Shown: positions 14,583 through 27,532, counted from the first letter of the stretch. The stretch is 64,000 nt of DNA from Octopus sinensis (GCF_006345805.1 NC_043017.1:5828001-5892000); one strand, 5' to 3'. Made by a program: numbers and translations. The notes: generated by a model not told the origin, from the sequence alone.

Positions 14583-14678
14583 GTTGTTGTTGTTGTTGTT
14601 GTTGTTGAAGATCGAAATCTTGGGGTTTGTAGCACGCACTCTTAACCCCAAGATTCCGAGTTCGATTTCAGGCAGTGA

Positions 14679-14773
<95 letters not shown>

Positions 14774-14970
14774 CAACAACAACAACAACATCGAAAAATA
14801 CCTTAGGAATGAGAACCCAGGTTCGAAATTTCTCCAAGACACCCGAATAAGGCTGGAGGGTATATCAGCCAAAACGTTGTGTTAACAACAAACAAGATGA
14901 GGGCGAATGTCCGTCAAATGTAAATAATGTAAATAATGTACATAATTTCTCATCTCTTAAATACAGAACT
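14392..14970. mobile_element. Non-autonomous Penelope-like element with inverted hammerhead-bearing terminal repeats
   Basis: ~140-bp inverted arms (about 14392-14530 and 14789-14945) enclose (TTG/TTA)n, a short unique piece and (AAT)n. The element is flanked by the direct repeat GGATAACATA (14382-14391 and 14971-14980) and splits a LINE RT remnant. Confidence 0.75.
14435..14480 (-). ncRNA. Minimal type-I hammerhead ribozyme motif (Penelope-type)
   Basis: Minus strand reads GACAC-CTGATGA-A-GGCT(agagagtatatc)AGCC-GAA-ACGT-T-GTGTT. Stem I is gacac/gtgtt, the CUGAUGA and GAAA core is intact, stem II is ggct/agcc, stem III is the palindrome ACGT, and the cleavage triplet is GUU. Confidence 0.75.
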
Positions 14971-16564
14971 GGATAACATATAATCCACCTCTGTCTGGAT
15001 ACATCTCAGTCAACAACAAATCGTTAATTGAATGGGCCATGATACCACAAAACTTGGCTTAAGAATGACTTAATAGATCCTGTCAGGCGGTGCTATTAAT
15101 TAAGACAGGGCCTGAGCTATTCTTTGGCCGAAACATATCTAAGCAATGTAAGTTATATCTTCAGGAAAACATTAGTGATTAATTACTTCCGATGTTTCCT
15201 CGGACAAAGTCTATTTAAAAACATTTCATCGATTTTCGAACAGGCAATCGCTCAGTCTCGTTTTCTGGAAGCTGCTCAGAGAAATACGAAGACATACTAA
15301 CAACCTTCTCTTTTTCTCAATGTGATTTGGAACAGCTCAAAAATTTGAGTACTGCTTCCTTAGCATTGAGCCCACCATGTGGTCATGAGCAAATCAAACA
15401 AGAGACAAAAATGCTACCTTTGTGCCAGCCTCTGCGTAACCGATCAGTCTGTCCTGCTAAAAGTTGAAGCATGTCAAACAGAAAGACCTCAGAATCAGCG
15501 TTTAAAACTCTCGCTTCAACAAAGGCACGTCAAAGATGTGTATTTAAAGAAAATTACTGTCATACATACATAAACGCGTCCCCCCCCACACACACAGAGG
15601 CAGTTCGGACAGTCCGTAGCAGTGCTTTTGTATACCACAACTCCGTATGAGAGTTCTTCTCAAGGTAAATAACACAGTATTTTGTGTTCTTTCTTTTTTC
15701 ATTTTTCGGAATATATTCTTTTGTGGCTTTTGTATTATCATCAAGTCGAAGCTAGTGGGGAAACTCAGAGTATCCTACTTTTCCCAACTCCTCCTGGACA
15801 GGACGCCCATCCCTCTCAAATTTAAAATCGTATTCATTTTCAACTGAGTATTTCTGAAGCAGCGAGAAATGAGGTGCCTTGCTCTGAGGGACAAAACGCA
15901 CCGCTCGCTCAAGAATCGAGACTGCGATTTTAATATCATGATCCTAAAGTCTTAATAGCTACACAACACACCTATACTTTACCTATTTTTCTTTTAGCTG
16001 CATTTAAATGTTTTTATCTATTCTGTGTTTCTTCACAATTCTGAGATCCGACTTTCTCAAAGCACTCAACTCTGTTATAATTATATTCTGAGAACATTGA
16101 AAAAGTCTTACTGCTGTTCAACTTATTTATATATTGATGACCGCTCCTTGTATTTTCTAATTCCATACGACGCTTTGAAACCAATCCTCGTAAACTTTGA
16201 CGCTTTTGTTCACTTGATGAAATTTTTATAAGAAAAGTATAATAACAAAGCGTCTTCTTGAAGATAGCATTTAGTGCACTCCCGTTCACACACAGACTCA
16301 CCATAGTGAGTATAAATGATATTAACAAGAAATAGTGACCAACATTGACTTATTCACGAACGATAAAGCGTTCCTACTTTCTAGACATCTATTTATTCCT
16401 AATATTAGTTTTAAATTTTGGCAGAAGACTGCAAATTTGGAGGAAGGAGTAGGTTGATTACATCGATTCCAGTTTTCAACTGGTATTTATTTCATCGACC
16501 CTGAAAAGATGAAAGGCAAAACCGACCTCGGCGGTATTTGAACTCGGAACGTAATGAGTCTGTA

Positions 16565-16806
16565 GAAATACCTATTTCTTTACTACCCACAAGGGGCTAA
16601 ACACAGAGGGGACAAGCAAGGACAGACAAACGGATTAAGTCGATTATATCGAGCCCAGTGCGTAACTGGTACTTATTTAACAGACCCCGAAAGGATGAAA
16701 GGCAAAGTCGACCTCGGCGGAATTTGAACTCAGAACGTGATGGCAGACGAAATAGCGCTAAGCATTTTGTCCAACGTGCTAACGGTTTAGCCAGCACGTC
16801 GCCTTA
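16565..16806 (-). mobile_element. SINE family A (AAGGCGGCGAGCTGGCAGAA head; GCCTTTCATCCTTTCGGGGTCGATAAA core)
   Basis: Recurrent repeat with a GAGTTCAAATTCC B-box-like motif. Other copies lie at ~8350-8510, 16410-16560, 20020-20230, 32210-32580, 35478-35665, 35828-36015, 42050-42468, 45145-45352, 48100-48380, 51660-51750 and 56505-56962. Confidence 0.75.
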
Positions 16807-16827
16807 GCTGGCTGAATAATGATAATA

Positions 16828-17054
16828 CCGTAATCTCACGACTATCGCAGGTTTTACGTTCTAAAACGTTCCCCGCGATAGGTGAAAATCCACGAAGTAG
16901 AAACAGTACTGTACTGTATATATATTTTAAAATTATTTTTATGATTTGTATATATTTATTTTATCATACATGCAAAACAACATCACGGAGGAATCGACGT
17001 AAGCTTATATAATAAACCGTGATAGGTGAACCGCGATATAGCGAGGGATTACTA
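16828..17054. mobile_element. Tigger-like MITE
   Basis: Imperfect TIRs TA|CCGTAATCTCACGACTATCGC ... GCGATATAGCGAGGGATTACTA|TA with repeated CCG(C/T)GATAGGTGAA. Confidence 0.65.
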
Positions 17055-17144
17055 TAGTGATGTTTTAGGAAAATCATTCTGTGCGATTTCGTATATCCTT
17101 CACTCTGTGACTAACCAGACGCCACATGTTCTGCTTTCCTCGTG

Positions 17145-17264
<120 letters not shown>

Positions 17265-17474
17265 TTTGCTTGCATGTGTGCTCGTGTCTATGTGTGTGAT
17301 AAATGTGAACTGTGTCGAACGGGACCGAATCGTCAGAGCGTAGGATCGAATGCCATGGCTTACTCCTTCTGCAACTCTGTGCTTTATGTGCCATGGGTTC
17401 AAACTCAGCCGAGGTAAGATTTGATAAACTAACAGTGCTAAGACTGTTTTGTTTGTTTGCTTCTTGTTTTTTCG

Positions 17475-18025
17475 TCTTACCTTCCTTCCTTCCTTCCTCC
17501 TGTTCTTACCTTTTCCGCTCTTTCTCTCTTTCTTTCTCTCTTTCCTTCTATCTTTCTTTTCTTCTTTTCTTTTTCTCTCTTTCCCTCTTTCCCTCCCACT
17601 TTCTTTTCTTCTTTTCTTTCTTCCTTTCTTTCATTCATTCTTCCATCCTTCCTTTTTCTTCCTTTCACCCTTCCTTACATCCTTCTTTCCTTCCTTCCTT
17701 CCTTCCTTCCTCCCTTCATTCCTCCCTTCCTTCCTTCCTTCCTTCCTTCCTTCCTTCCTTCCTCTCTTCCATCCATCCATCCTTCCCTCCTTCTTTCCTT
17801 CTTTCCTTCCTTCCTTCCTTCCTTCCTCCCTTCCTTCCTTCCTTCCTCTCTTCCATCCATCCATCCTTCCCTCCTTCATTCCTTCTTTCCTTCCTTCCTT
17901 CCTTCCTTCCTCCCTTCCTTCCTTCCTTCCTCTCTTCCATCCATCCATCCTTCCCTCCTTCATTCCTTCTTTCCTTCCTTCCTTCCTTCCTTCCTTCCTT
18001 CCTTCCTTCTTCCTTCCTTTCTTTC
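17475..18025. repeat. Polypyrimidine (TTCC)n tract with an 84-bp higher-order unit
   Basis: CTCTTCCATCCATCCATCC recurs three times at 84-bp spacing (~17764, 17848, 17932). Confidence 0.9.
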
Positions 18026-18328
18026 TGCTCCCCCACTCTCTCTGCATCTGCAATTCAAAGATTCAACATTGTGTCACATCATGTCATACCCTGTCAGCAT
18101 CACAACTGTGTTAAGATCACGTGTGTCTGCTGTGGAATACTCAGCTACTCATACGCCGAGTTTCAGGAATCGAAACTCAATTAATTAAACAACTGAATGC
18201 TCACTGCTGAGATTGGAGGAGAACCCACGAATACATCGATATATATATGTGTATAAAAACACGTGTATTTAGCGTACATGCAAGTGTGTATGTGTTTGTG
18301 TGAATCGATATGCGTGCCCCTATGCATA

Positions 18329-18360
<32 letters not shown>

Positions 18361-18447
18361 TAATATATATATATATATATTATGTATGTATGTTTGTTGT
18401 GTGTTATTATATTACATGTATATATCATATATAATTGTGTGTATATA

Positions 18448-18525
<78 letters not shown>

Positions 18526-18745
18526 ATACAGGTACGTGATGTAGGGATGTATGGCTGCATGCATATACCTCTACACACATGCATATATATATATATATAT
18601 ATATGCATGTATGTATGTAGTATGTATGTATGTATGTTGTGTATGTATGTATGTATGTATGTATGTGTGTGTATGTTCGTGTACCTTTGTATATATGTAT
18701 CTATGTATGCATGTGTGTATATATCTATACATAGAAGTCCGCTTC

Positions 18746-18786
<41 letters not shown>

Positions 18787-19542
18787 TTATGCATCTATAG
18801 ATATATAAACGTGTGTATAAACGTATGTGAACATACGTACGCATATACGTATCTATGTCTATACGTATGTATGCACGTGTGTGTACGTATGAACGTAAGC
18901 ATGTGTATATGTTACGTATGTACGTTTATGTACATAAGTATGTGTATACGTATACATGCATGAATGTATGCGTGTACGCAGGCCCCTTTCGTACGTACAT
19001 ACGTACGTTACGTACGTACGTACGCACGTAATGAATTTGCGCGATAAATTAATTAAATTGATACCAAGAAGTTGGAAGAATGAAATGAAATTGTCATTGT
19101 AAGCAGCAGGCGATTTCTTAGACAATCTTTCTGGATCCTGATATAATGATTCACTATCTTATTTATAGCCAATCACGCGGCAGGATTACGAATGAGCCGT
19201 GCAGATGTGATGTGTGTGTACGTGTGTGTAAGTGTGTGTAAGTGTGTATTACGTGTGTGTGTGTGTGTGCGTATTTGCTTAAATATGTGTATGCGTAGGT
19301 GTATGTGTGATAAATGATCCCTGCAGGGTCAAATTATACAAGAGTGTAGCTTCCACTACATTGCATTGTTAATTATATTAGCCAGCAGATGAAGTAGCAC
19401 CAACTATAAAGCAATCCTTCCTAATATAATATCCATAAAAGCTTATGCGTGCGCGCGCGCGCGCGTGTGTGTGTGTGGTGTGTGTGTATGTATGTGTGGT
19501 GTGTGTATGTGTGTCTGTGTGTGTGTATCTGTGTGTATGCCC

Positions 19543-19582
<40 letters not shown>

Positions 19583-19754
19583 TCACATATATGTATGTAT
19601 GCAGGTATGTATGTATTTGTATAACAATATAGTCATGTATGTGTGTGTATTTACGAGTGAACACACGCACACATACGCACGCATGCACACATATACATTT
19701 ATATATATACATTAAGCATATATGCATAGATGCATGCACACCACACCACACACC

Positions 19755-19815
<61 letters not shown>

Positions 19816-20453
19816 GCACCACATCACGTGCACGCACATAAACACAATTGCATACACGCGTTCGTACATACACACGTATATGATTTAGAACGACTAGTTA
19901 CACTCGCTAGTAAAACTTGTAGTGTGTAGAATCAGATACGCCTTTGTCATATAAGAAGTGATCAGAATTGCCGAACCCGAACCAAGGTTTCGTTCAATCC
20001 ACTATTCTATCGATTGTCTAAATCAGGTGAATTGACAGAATAGTTAAAACATTGGGAAAATTATTTTGCAGTATGTTCTGCGTTCTGAGTTCAAATTCCG
20101 CTAAGGTCGACTTTGCCTTTCATCCTTTCGGGGTCGATAAATTAAGTACCAGTTACGCACTGGGGTCAATGTAATCGACTGTCTTCCTCCCCCAAATTGC
20201 AGGCCTTGTGCCAATAGTAGAAAGGATTATTATTATTTTTATTTTTTATTTTGTTTCTCTCTAATTTTGGCTCAGAGCTGTGGCCATGCTGATGCACCGC
20301 CGTTTTGAAGAGTACAGCAGGGTTCATCACCACCCCACTGCCGGAGCCTCGTGAAGCTTTAGGTGCTTTCGCTCAATAAACATTCACAATGCCCGGTCTG
20401 GGAATCGAAACCGCGATCCTACGACCGCGAGTCTGCTGTCCTAACCACTGGGC

Positions 20454-20513
<60 letters not shown>

Positions 20514-20515
<2 letters not shown>

Positions 20516-20987
20516 TATGTTTGATTTTTGCTTTATATTTGTACAAGTTGGCTCCAAGTCTCACCCAGAGACCCCAAGAGATAACAGGGTTGGAAGTTCA
20601 TGTTGTTGTTATGCCTAGTGTGCCATATATTTGGGGTGGGGTGGGGTGTTGTACTAATGAATGTCTAAAAAAATTTTTTTTTTTTTTTTTTTTTGTAAAC
20701 CGAAAATTATGTTTGTTTTAAACCTTGAGATTACATAGAAAGTATTTTGCGTAGGATATGAGCAGTTCCCATGAGCACTATCTTTTGAATTTCTGCCATT
20801 TTGGGGTTTCCTGGTATCTGAGTTAGGTAGCTATCAGCCCCTTTTGCTATCATTCCCAGGGCACCTATGACAACAGGTATTGTTTTAGTCTTCAGGTTCC
20901 ACATTTTGCTGATTTCTATTTCAAGATCTTTATATTTGCTCAGTTTTTGGTAGGTCTTGACAGATATGTTTATATCGATTGGGACAG

Positions 20988-20990
<3 letters not shown>
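20514..20990 (-). mobile_element. R4/Dong-clade (restriction-like endonuclease) LINE 3' end inserted in (TAA)n
   Basis: Intact frame TVPIDINISVKTYQKLSKYKDLEIEISKMWNLKTKTIPVVIGALG...IQKIVLMGTAHILRKILSM* followed by a 3'UTR. It is flanked on both sides by (TAA)n, the known Dong target. Confidence 0.85.
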
Positions 20991-21049
<59 letters not shown>

Positions 21050-22410
21050 GTCGCCAGAGCTGGACGTGTATTTCGGAGGTCCGTGTGTGCCTTTTTTTTT
21101 ACCTCTAAAAAGATTGTTATTGTAACATTTTATTGTTATATCTTGTGACTAAGTTAATCTAAACCATATTGGTCTGATTAACAGTGCTATTTGTTTGTTT
21201 TGTCTTTTTTTTTGCCCTGCGAGGCAAAAATCACTCGAAAAGAAAATTAATTTTCCTTTCAAAATTTGCAAAATTTAATATGGCGCGTCGTCTTTGTCAG
21301 CGATTCAACAAGAGAGAGAAGTGGGAGGAGATGTAGAACGCGAAATTGTCTTTAACCGTTACTCGTCCCCTCCCCACTCACTCTAGATGTAAATGATAGC
21401 GGTAGTAGCAGGAGGAGTAGCAACAGCAATGACAACAACAGCAACAACAATCACAATGGAAGTGTCAAGAGTATGAGAATTCGATCTGGGAAGAACGAAA
21501 TATAACTAGCAGCAGCTAATTGTGCAAGGAAAAATATTACCACTACGACCACCACTACGACCACCACACAAATCAGTAAAACTTCGGAAAAAGAAAGAAA
21601 CGGTTCAAATAGAAATAACGTTTCCTCCGCAAAAGTTACAAACAAGTTTGAAATTATGTTGTTAAAGGATAAGGAAGAACATTTAAAGAAAGCTGAGAGG
21701 ATTATAAGACGTGAAGAAAGAAAGGCCACACTAAATGTCCCTCAAAAGCTGTACAGATCATGTCATGCACAGTTATCTGTTCATGGAAAGAAGACTAGAA
21801 AAAATACCTATTTCTTTATTACCAACAAGGGGCTAAACATAGAGGGGACAAACAAAGACAGACATAGGTATTAAGTTGATTACATCGACCCCAGTGCGTA
21901 ACTGGTACTTAATTACGCACTGGGGGTCGATGTAATCAACTTAATACCTATGTCTGTCTTTATCAGACCAAACCGAGCTCTGCCTGACAAATATATGGGG
22001 TGGGGGGAAATGCCAGTTTTGTCTGCTACGCCCCTAAGTTCGGGTATATCAAGGTCATATTACAGTCGAAATCACTAGCACAAAAGCACTCAACCGTCCC
22101 ATTAAAAACAGAGGAGTTCACTTTAATTCCCATCTATTTGGGACAGAGAGTGATCCGAATAAAAATAAGTACATACCACCAGAAATCGATTTCTGGCAGG
22201 TAGTGAAAGCTGTGGTGCTGAAAGATCCTAGAAGCCTCCTAGAAATCCAAAAACCCCAAAGGGAGAATTGGGATGAGATAGGGCTGGAAATTCTACTGCA
22301 AGTAAAACCAGAAATTGTAGAGAAAATTCCCGACCTAATAGAAATCCTTGGAGGCCAGCATCGTGGAAGGAAGATCGTGGAAGGAAAAGGGCCACGATGT
22401 TACTCCTTCC
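21050..22410 (+). mobile_element. L1/Tx1-like LINE 5' end/ORF1 remnant inside the MOLO-1-like intron (antisense to the gene)
   Basis: Broken ORF ...EEHLKKAERIIRREERKATL...PKFGYIKV...IPIYLGQRVIRIKI...NWDEIGLEILLQVKPEIVEKIPD...VEGKGPRCYS, truncated at the zinc knuckle. It is homologous to the 34800-34970 segment. Confidence 0.65.
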
Positions 22411-22455
22411 TCTCTTTCCTCGGTAAAACCACAAATAAAAATCTCTGATGCTTAC

Positions 22456-22654
22456 CTTCTGTTTCCGTTAAAAGCTTATCAGGATCACAAAGCCAAGACG
22501 GTTTCGTCAGTTCTCGTCCACATCTTGCCTGTTCTTTTCGAGGGTTTGGATAGTCATGTGGGTACCAATAAGAGGGTTTCTCTTCTGCAGCATTACTCAG
22601 CTGAATGGTACATACAAGTAAAGAAAATAACAAAGTTGTGGTAGCAAATGACAT
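22456..22654 (-). CDS. First coding exon of a secreted/membrane TPM-domain protein, MOLO-1 (modulator of levamisole receptor)-like
   Basis: ATG at 22654 reads MSFATTTLLFSLLVCTIQLSNA|AEEKPSYWYPHDYPNPRKEQARCGRELTKPSWLCDPDKLLTETE-G. This is a hydrophobic signal peptide followed by the YPNP..CGR...SWxCDPDxLL motif that starts MOLO-1/TPM-family proteins. The exon ends at a canonical donor GAAG|GTAAGC (phase 1). An upstream acceptor tttttctctcttttcag opens the exon at 22858, giving ~200 nt of 5'UTR. I did not find downstream exons in the window. Confidence 0.85.
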
Positions 22655-22960
22655 CTTCCTTTGAACCAATGAGTCAAGTTACTGGCATCAAGCATCAAAG
22701 AGTTAAATACATCCCAGTTGATCTGTTTGTTTGATGAGATTCACTTTTTATTTTCTGGTTTAACTTTTTCTTTGCTTATATCTGTTTGATTTGAACTTTT
22801 ATATTTGATTTCCACCTTTTTCTTTGAGCAGAGCTTTAGAAACGACCAGTCCCGTTACCTGAAAAGAGAGAAAAAGTATTATGTATATATGCATATATTT
22901 GTTTGTATATATTATATATATATATATATATGTAAATATGTACATACACACACACACACA

Positions 22961-23053
<93 letters not shown>

Positions 23054-23058
23054 GTATG

Positions 23059-23091
<33 letters not shown>

Positions 23092-24546
23092 CATACATTT
23101 AAAATATTTAACTGTTAACAGAATAATTAGCTATAAGGCTACTGAATATACACAAATGACAGAGTTAAAAATCTATTAGACAGCAAGGTAATAAATGGGA
23201 AAAGTTAAAGAGAAGGGAGAAGTAGATAGATAAACATGAAGAGTAAACGAGTAAAGCAATACAAAGAAAAAAGATAAATAATGAATGGGAGAAGAAAGAA
23301 GTTTGTTCGCTGAACTATGACATAAGTCGATACAATTAGTTGTCGTAGTGTCGTGGATCTATTGAGGGAACGGTGTGAAAGCAAATAAGAAAGTGCAAAG
23401 TCTGTTGTTATGTAAATAAATGAGTGAATGGATAGAGAAAGAATCAGGATTGAATTGTTATGGACAAAAGGCGTATTTATTAGAGAGAACTGCGTATGTG
23501 AATAACAAAGTCTGAGGTTTGTGATTAAAGTGAGTGAAAGGAGAGAACAAGAAAGAGTTTGTGGTATGTAAAAGAATAAGCGGCGAAGGGAAATAACTAA
23601 AGTTATGGTAATATAAAAATGCGGAAGAAAGAGGAAAACGAAAGGAAAATGTGAGGTAGGAAGATATATATTGACTGTATAAGAAAAACAGCTGATCAGC
23701 GTTTAAATGAATAAATAAATAAAAGAAACCCAAGCGTGTATAAGGGTCAATAGTCAGACTAATATTTTCCTTATCATATCACTTTTCCTATCACATCACG
23801 TTTACGTTTTCCTCCGAAATGTTTTACCATAAAACTTTGTTATTTTACAGCCTTTCACGCATTATGCAGTCTAGTGATGAAAAATGTTTAATGCTCATCA
23901 GATATTTATAAATTGAAAAAAAAAAAAAAAACAGTTTTAATCGAGGAATTTCAGAGAAATTCCAGAGAAATTCCAACAAAATTGCAAAATATTCAGTCTA
24001 TAGTTAGAAACATATTTCGTATAGAATAAACTTGCTCTGTTGATGATATTTCAAAATTAGTTCACTGATTGAGTAAGTTGTGAGGAGACGTTAAGGACAA
24101 TGATATTTTACAAGTACAATAACAGCGATATCCTAGATTCTTCAAAATATGGTTTGAAAAAAAAGATTATGGCTATTCATATGGTAGGAAATTAACAAGC
24201 AACATCTTTATAAAGATCTATATATTTGAGGTGTGAAGAGTCTAAGATGATGTGAGTCTAACATATGTAATTCCATAAACCTACAAGCCTCAATACTATC
24301 ATAGACAAGTCCAGAGCCACATCAAAACGTTCGTTCCCATTACGTGTGACTCAAACAATAGTTAATATTTGCTGGTCTGCACAATAATGCTAATTACGAA
24401 ATGACTATAATAAGTTAAAGTTGTTGCTAAACTTTAAAACACTGAAAAGAAGGGGCTAAAATTGAATGGAAAAAAAAGTCTACTTTGTCAAAGAGCAAAT
24501 GCTTGCATTGTTTTGTATATTATGTTGTCTATTTAGTTTCACATAT

Positions 24547-24753
24547 TACTCTTTTACTCTTTTCAGTCATTTGACTGAGGCCATGCTGGAGCATCGCCTT
24601 TAGTCGAGCAAATCGACCTCGGGACTTATTCTTTGAAAGCCCAGTACTCATTCTATCGGTCTCTTTTACCGAACTGCTAAGTGACGGGGACGTAAACACA
24701 CCAGCATCGGTTGTCAAGCAATGCTTGGGGGACAAACACAGACACAGAAACCA

Positions 24754-24789
<36 letters not shown>

Positions 24790-24963
24790 GTAATATATAC
24801 GACAGGCTTCTTTCAGTTTCCGTCTACCAAATCCACTCACAAGGCAATGGTCGGCCCGGGGCTATAGCAGAAGACACTTGCCCAAGATGCCACACAGTGG
24901 GACTGAACCCGGAACCATGTGGTTGGTTAGCAAGCTACTTACCACACTGCCACTCCTGCGCCT
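24547..24963 (-). mobile_element. SINE family B (GGCGCAGGAGTGGC...GGTAAG head, internal (TA)/(TG)n, GTAAAAGA tail)
   Basis: Complete copy of a repeat seen many times in the window. Confidence 0.8.
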
Positions 24964-26186
24964 ATTGATTATACTGCTGTTATTTTTCTATAAGTTTAAT
25001 CCGTGGTTTGACTAATTTTAAACCATGTTTGTGTCGAATTATGTTCGACAAACACGTCTCGTTCGCTCTTTGCTAGGATAACAAATTCACACTTGGGTCA
25101 GTCAGAAAGTTAATTTTTGCGGTCTTTAACTGTAGCTTATGGTTTATGTAATGCCAAACATTGAATTTCTCCCATTTTGAATTTCATGGCTAATGTTTCT
25201 GCTTTATAAATTTTATGATACGTGTTACAGTTTGTTTTATTATGTGTCTATTTGTAATGTCGTTTGAAAGAAATCTAGAATGAGTAGGTATGTAGCTTCC
25301 ATAGAGAATATTTTTTTGTGTTATCACAGTGAACAAGTATTTTACGCGAGTTTCCGAGTCTTTGTGACATTTTAAAGGTGTTCATGAAGAAACGAAATTT
25401 TATATTTTCATCTCAAACATCTCGTTCCCAGAATCCTCTGATAATTAATTCAGAGGAACAGTTTAGTGTCTTAAAGTTATATTTTCGGTCACAAGCGGCA
25501 TAATTCAATTTGGAGTAAAATAAATATGATTCCCAGCGCTCTCTTTATCAGGTTCCCTTTGAGACTCTACCGCATGTGTGTTTTATATACGTAGAACTCT
25601 CTCCTGAGCTACCTCCACTCAGCTATATTGTTAAAATAGATAATATAAGCTCTGAACACACATTGCGTAGATTAATTTCAATTTCAGTACAATAGAGGAA
25701 TTGCAATGAGATGGTAAGTTAGTGCAATGAAAGCGTACACTAATAATAACAATAAATCTACAAGAAGAAAAAGAAAACTGTAACGAAAGAGGCCTGCAAA
25801 AATAACAAACAGTAGTTTAAAATGAAAGAGTTCAAACATTGCCAAGTGAAGATGAAGGGAGATAACTGAATTAAGTGGCATTTAAAAATAGAATACAGTG
25901 TGAAGTCTATTTAATTGCCCCTAAGTGGTTTACTGACTGTTAATTTGTTCAGTGTTTGTAATAGTATTTTCACGTGAGAAACACTGTTCTGAATGTGTGC
26001 AGTAATTTACAATACATACAGTAGCTTAGTATGCGCCACACTGTTTCGGGGTATAGGTTAACGATGTTGTATAGATATCGCTGAGAAGAATAAATTTTCG
26101 TATATCTCGCCATAGAGTATATGAGAAGTACGTTAATAATAATAATATGCCAAAAGTAATATGAGCTTACGATATACACAACTCAC

Positions 26187-26330
26187 TTTATCTTGATGTA
26201 GAGGAGTGACGAACGTCCTTCCCAGGGGAAGACGGATTCACTTCTAATGTTGCTAATATTACAAAAAGCTAAGTGACATCATTAAAACTACACACATACG
26301 GTCTCTCTCACACACAACCGGACGCAGTTA
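26187..26330 (-). other. Possible non-coding 5' exon of the MOLO-1-like gene
   Basis: Unique sequence ending in a minus-strand donor AAA|GTGAGT at 26186. The coding exon at 22858 has an acceptor, so an upstream exon must exist. The 5' boundary is a guess. Confidence 0.2.
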
Positions 26331-26714
26331 TACACACACATACACACACGTAGACATATATACACACATGCACACAGGGCACATATACACTCACATGTCT
26401 CTCTCTGTCTTCTGTCTTATTCTAGGTGTGTGTATAGTCAGGTGCTTAAATGATAGGCGTTAGATTGGGTCGAATTAACTTGTAAACACCACCTTTAATC
26501 GAATAAATATACTGGGTACTGATGTATATCCAGTGAAATATTCAGGTAATGTACACAGAGATGTGTCCAAAGAGCACCTTGTATTGGTCACATGATGTTT
26601 GGTTTACTCCAGTATGTCCTATGGGTCCGAAATCTCTTTTGGTGTATTGTGAGCAAATAAATAAATAACAATAACCGACGTTCACTAATGGTTTGTTATT
26701 TATTTGTTTACTTT

Positions 26715-26745
<31 letters not shown>

Positions 26746-26769
26746 TGAGCATCATCTATTTTTATATAT

Positions 26770-27187
26770 TCTTTTATTCTTCTCTTTTACTTGTTTCAGT
26801 CATTTGACTGTGGCCATGCTGGAGCACCGCCTTTAGTTGAGCAAATCGACCCCAGGACTTATTCTTTGGAAGCCTAGTACTTATTCTATCGGTCTCTTTT
26901 GCCGAACCGCTAAGTTACGGGGACGTAAACACACCAGCATCGGTTGTCTAGCGATGTTGGGGGGGGGGGGACAAACACAGACACACAAATACACACACAC
27001 ACATATATATACATACATATATACGACGGGCTTCTTTCAGTTTCCGTCTACCAAATCCACTCACAAGGCTTTGGTCGGCGCAAGGCTATAGTTGAAGACA
27101 CTTACCCAAGGTGCCATGCAGTGGGACTGAACTCGGAACCATGTGGTTGGGAAGCAAGCTTCTTACCACACAGCCGCACCTGCGCTT
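26770..27187 (-). mobile_element. SINE family B copy
   Basis: Colinear with 24547-24963. Confidence 0.8.
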
Positions 27188-27377
27188 ATAGATATAACTA
27201 TAAAACAGTAAACCACTTCATCCGGTATACTAGCAATGCTTTCCCTGTCATTTAATCCGGCATTGCTCGACCGCTTTGTCAATCTGTAGCAATTAGTTAA
27301 TTCAATAATAAGTTGATATTGGAACAGTGATGATGATGCGGAAAATAATATTTGTATTTTATTTCACCGTAATCATC

Positions 27378-27501
27378 GCATCATCATCATCACCATCCTC
27401 CTCCTCCTCCTCTTCCTCCTCCTCCTCCTCCTCCTCCTCCTCATCATCATCATCATCACGATCACCACCACCACCACAACACCACCACCACCACCACCAC
27501 C

Positions 27502-27532
<31 letters not shown>

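Larger units (their letters stand above)
14205..15040 (+). mobile_element. CR1/L2-like LINE 3' ORF2 remnant, interrupted by the 14392-14970 insertion
   Basis: Translates ...HNFSSSTGPALFNIIPKQIKEEKDPISFKRDLDNFLQGI | ...NPPLSGYISVNNKSLIEWA, typical of the C-terminus after the RT domain in CR1-group LINEs. Confidence 0.65.

Noticed and set aside
17312-18188. 290-aa PSFL-rich ORF and overlapping ORFs
   Set aside because: The (TTCC)n tract lacks stop codons by composition.
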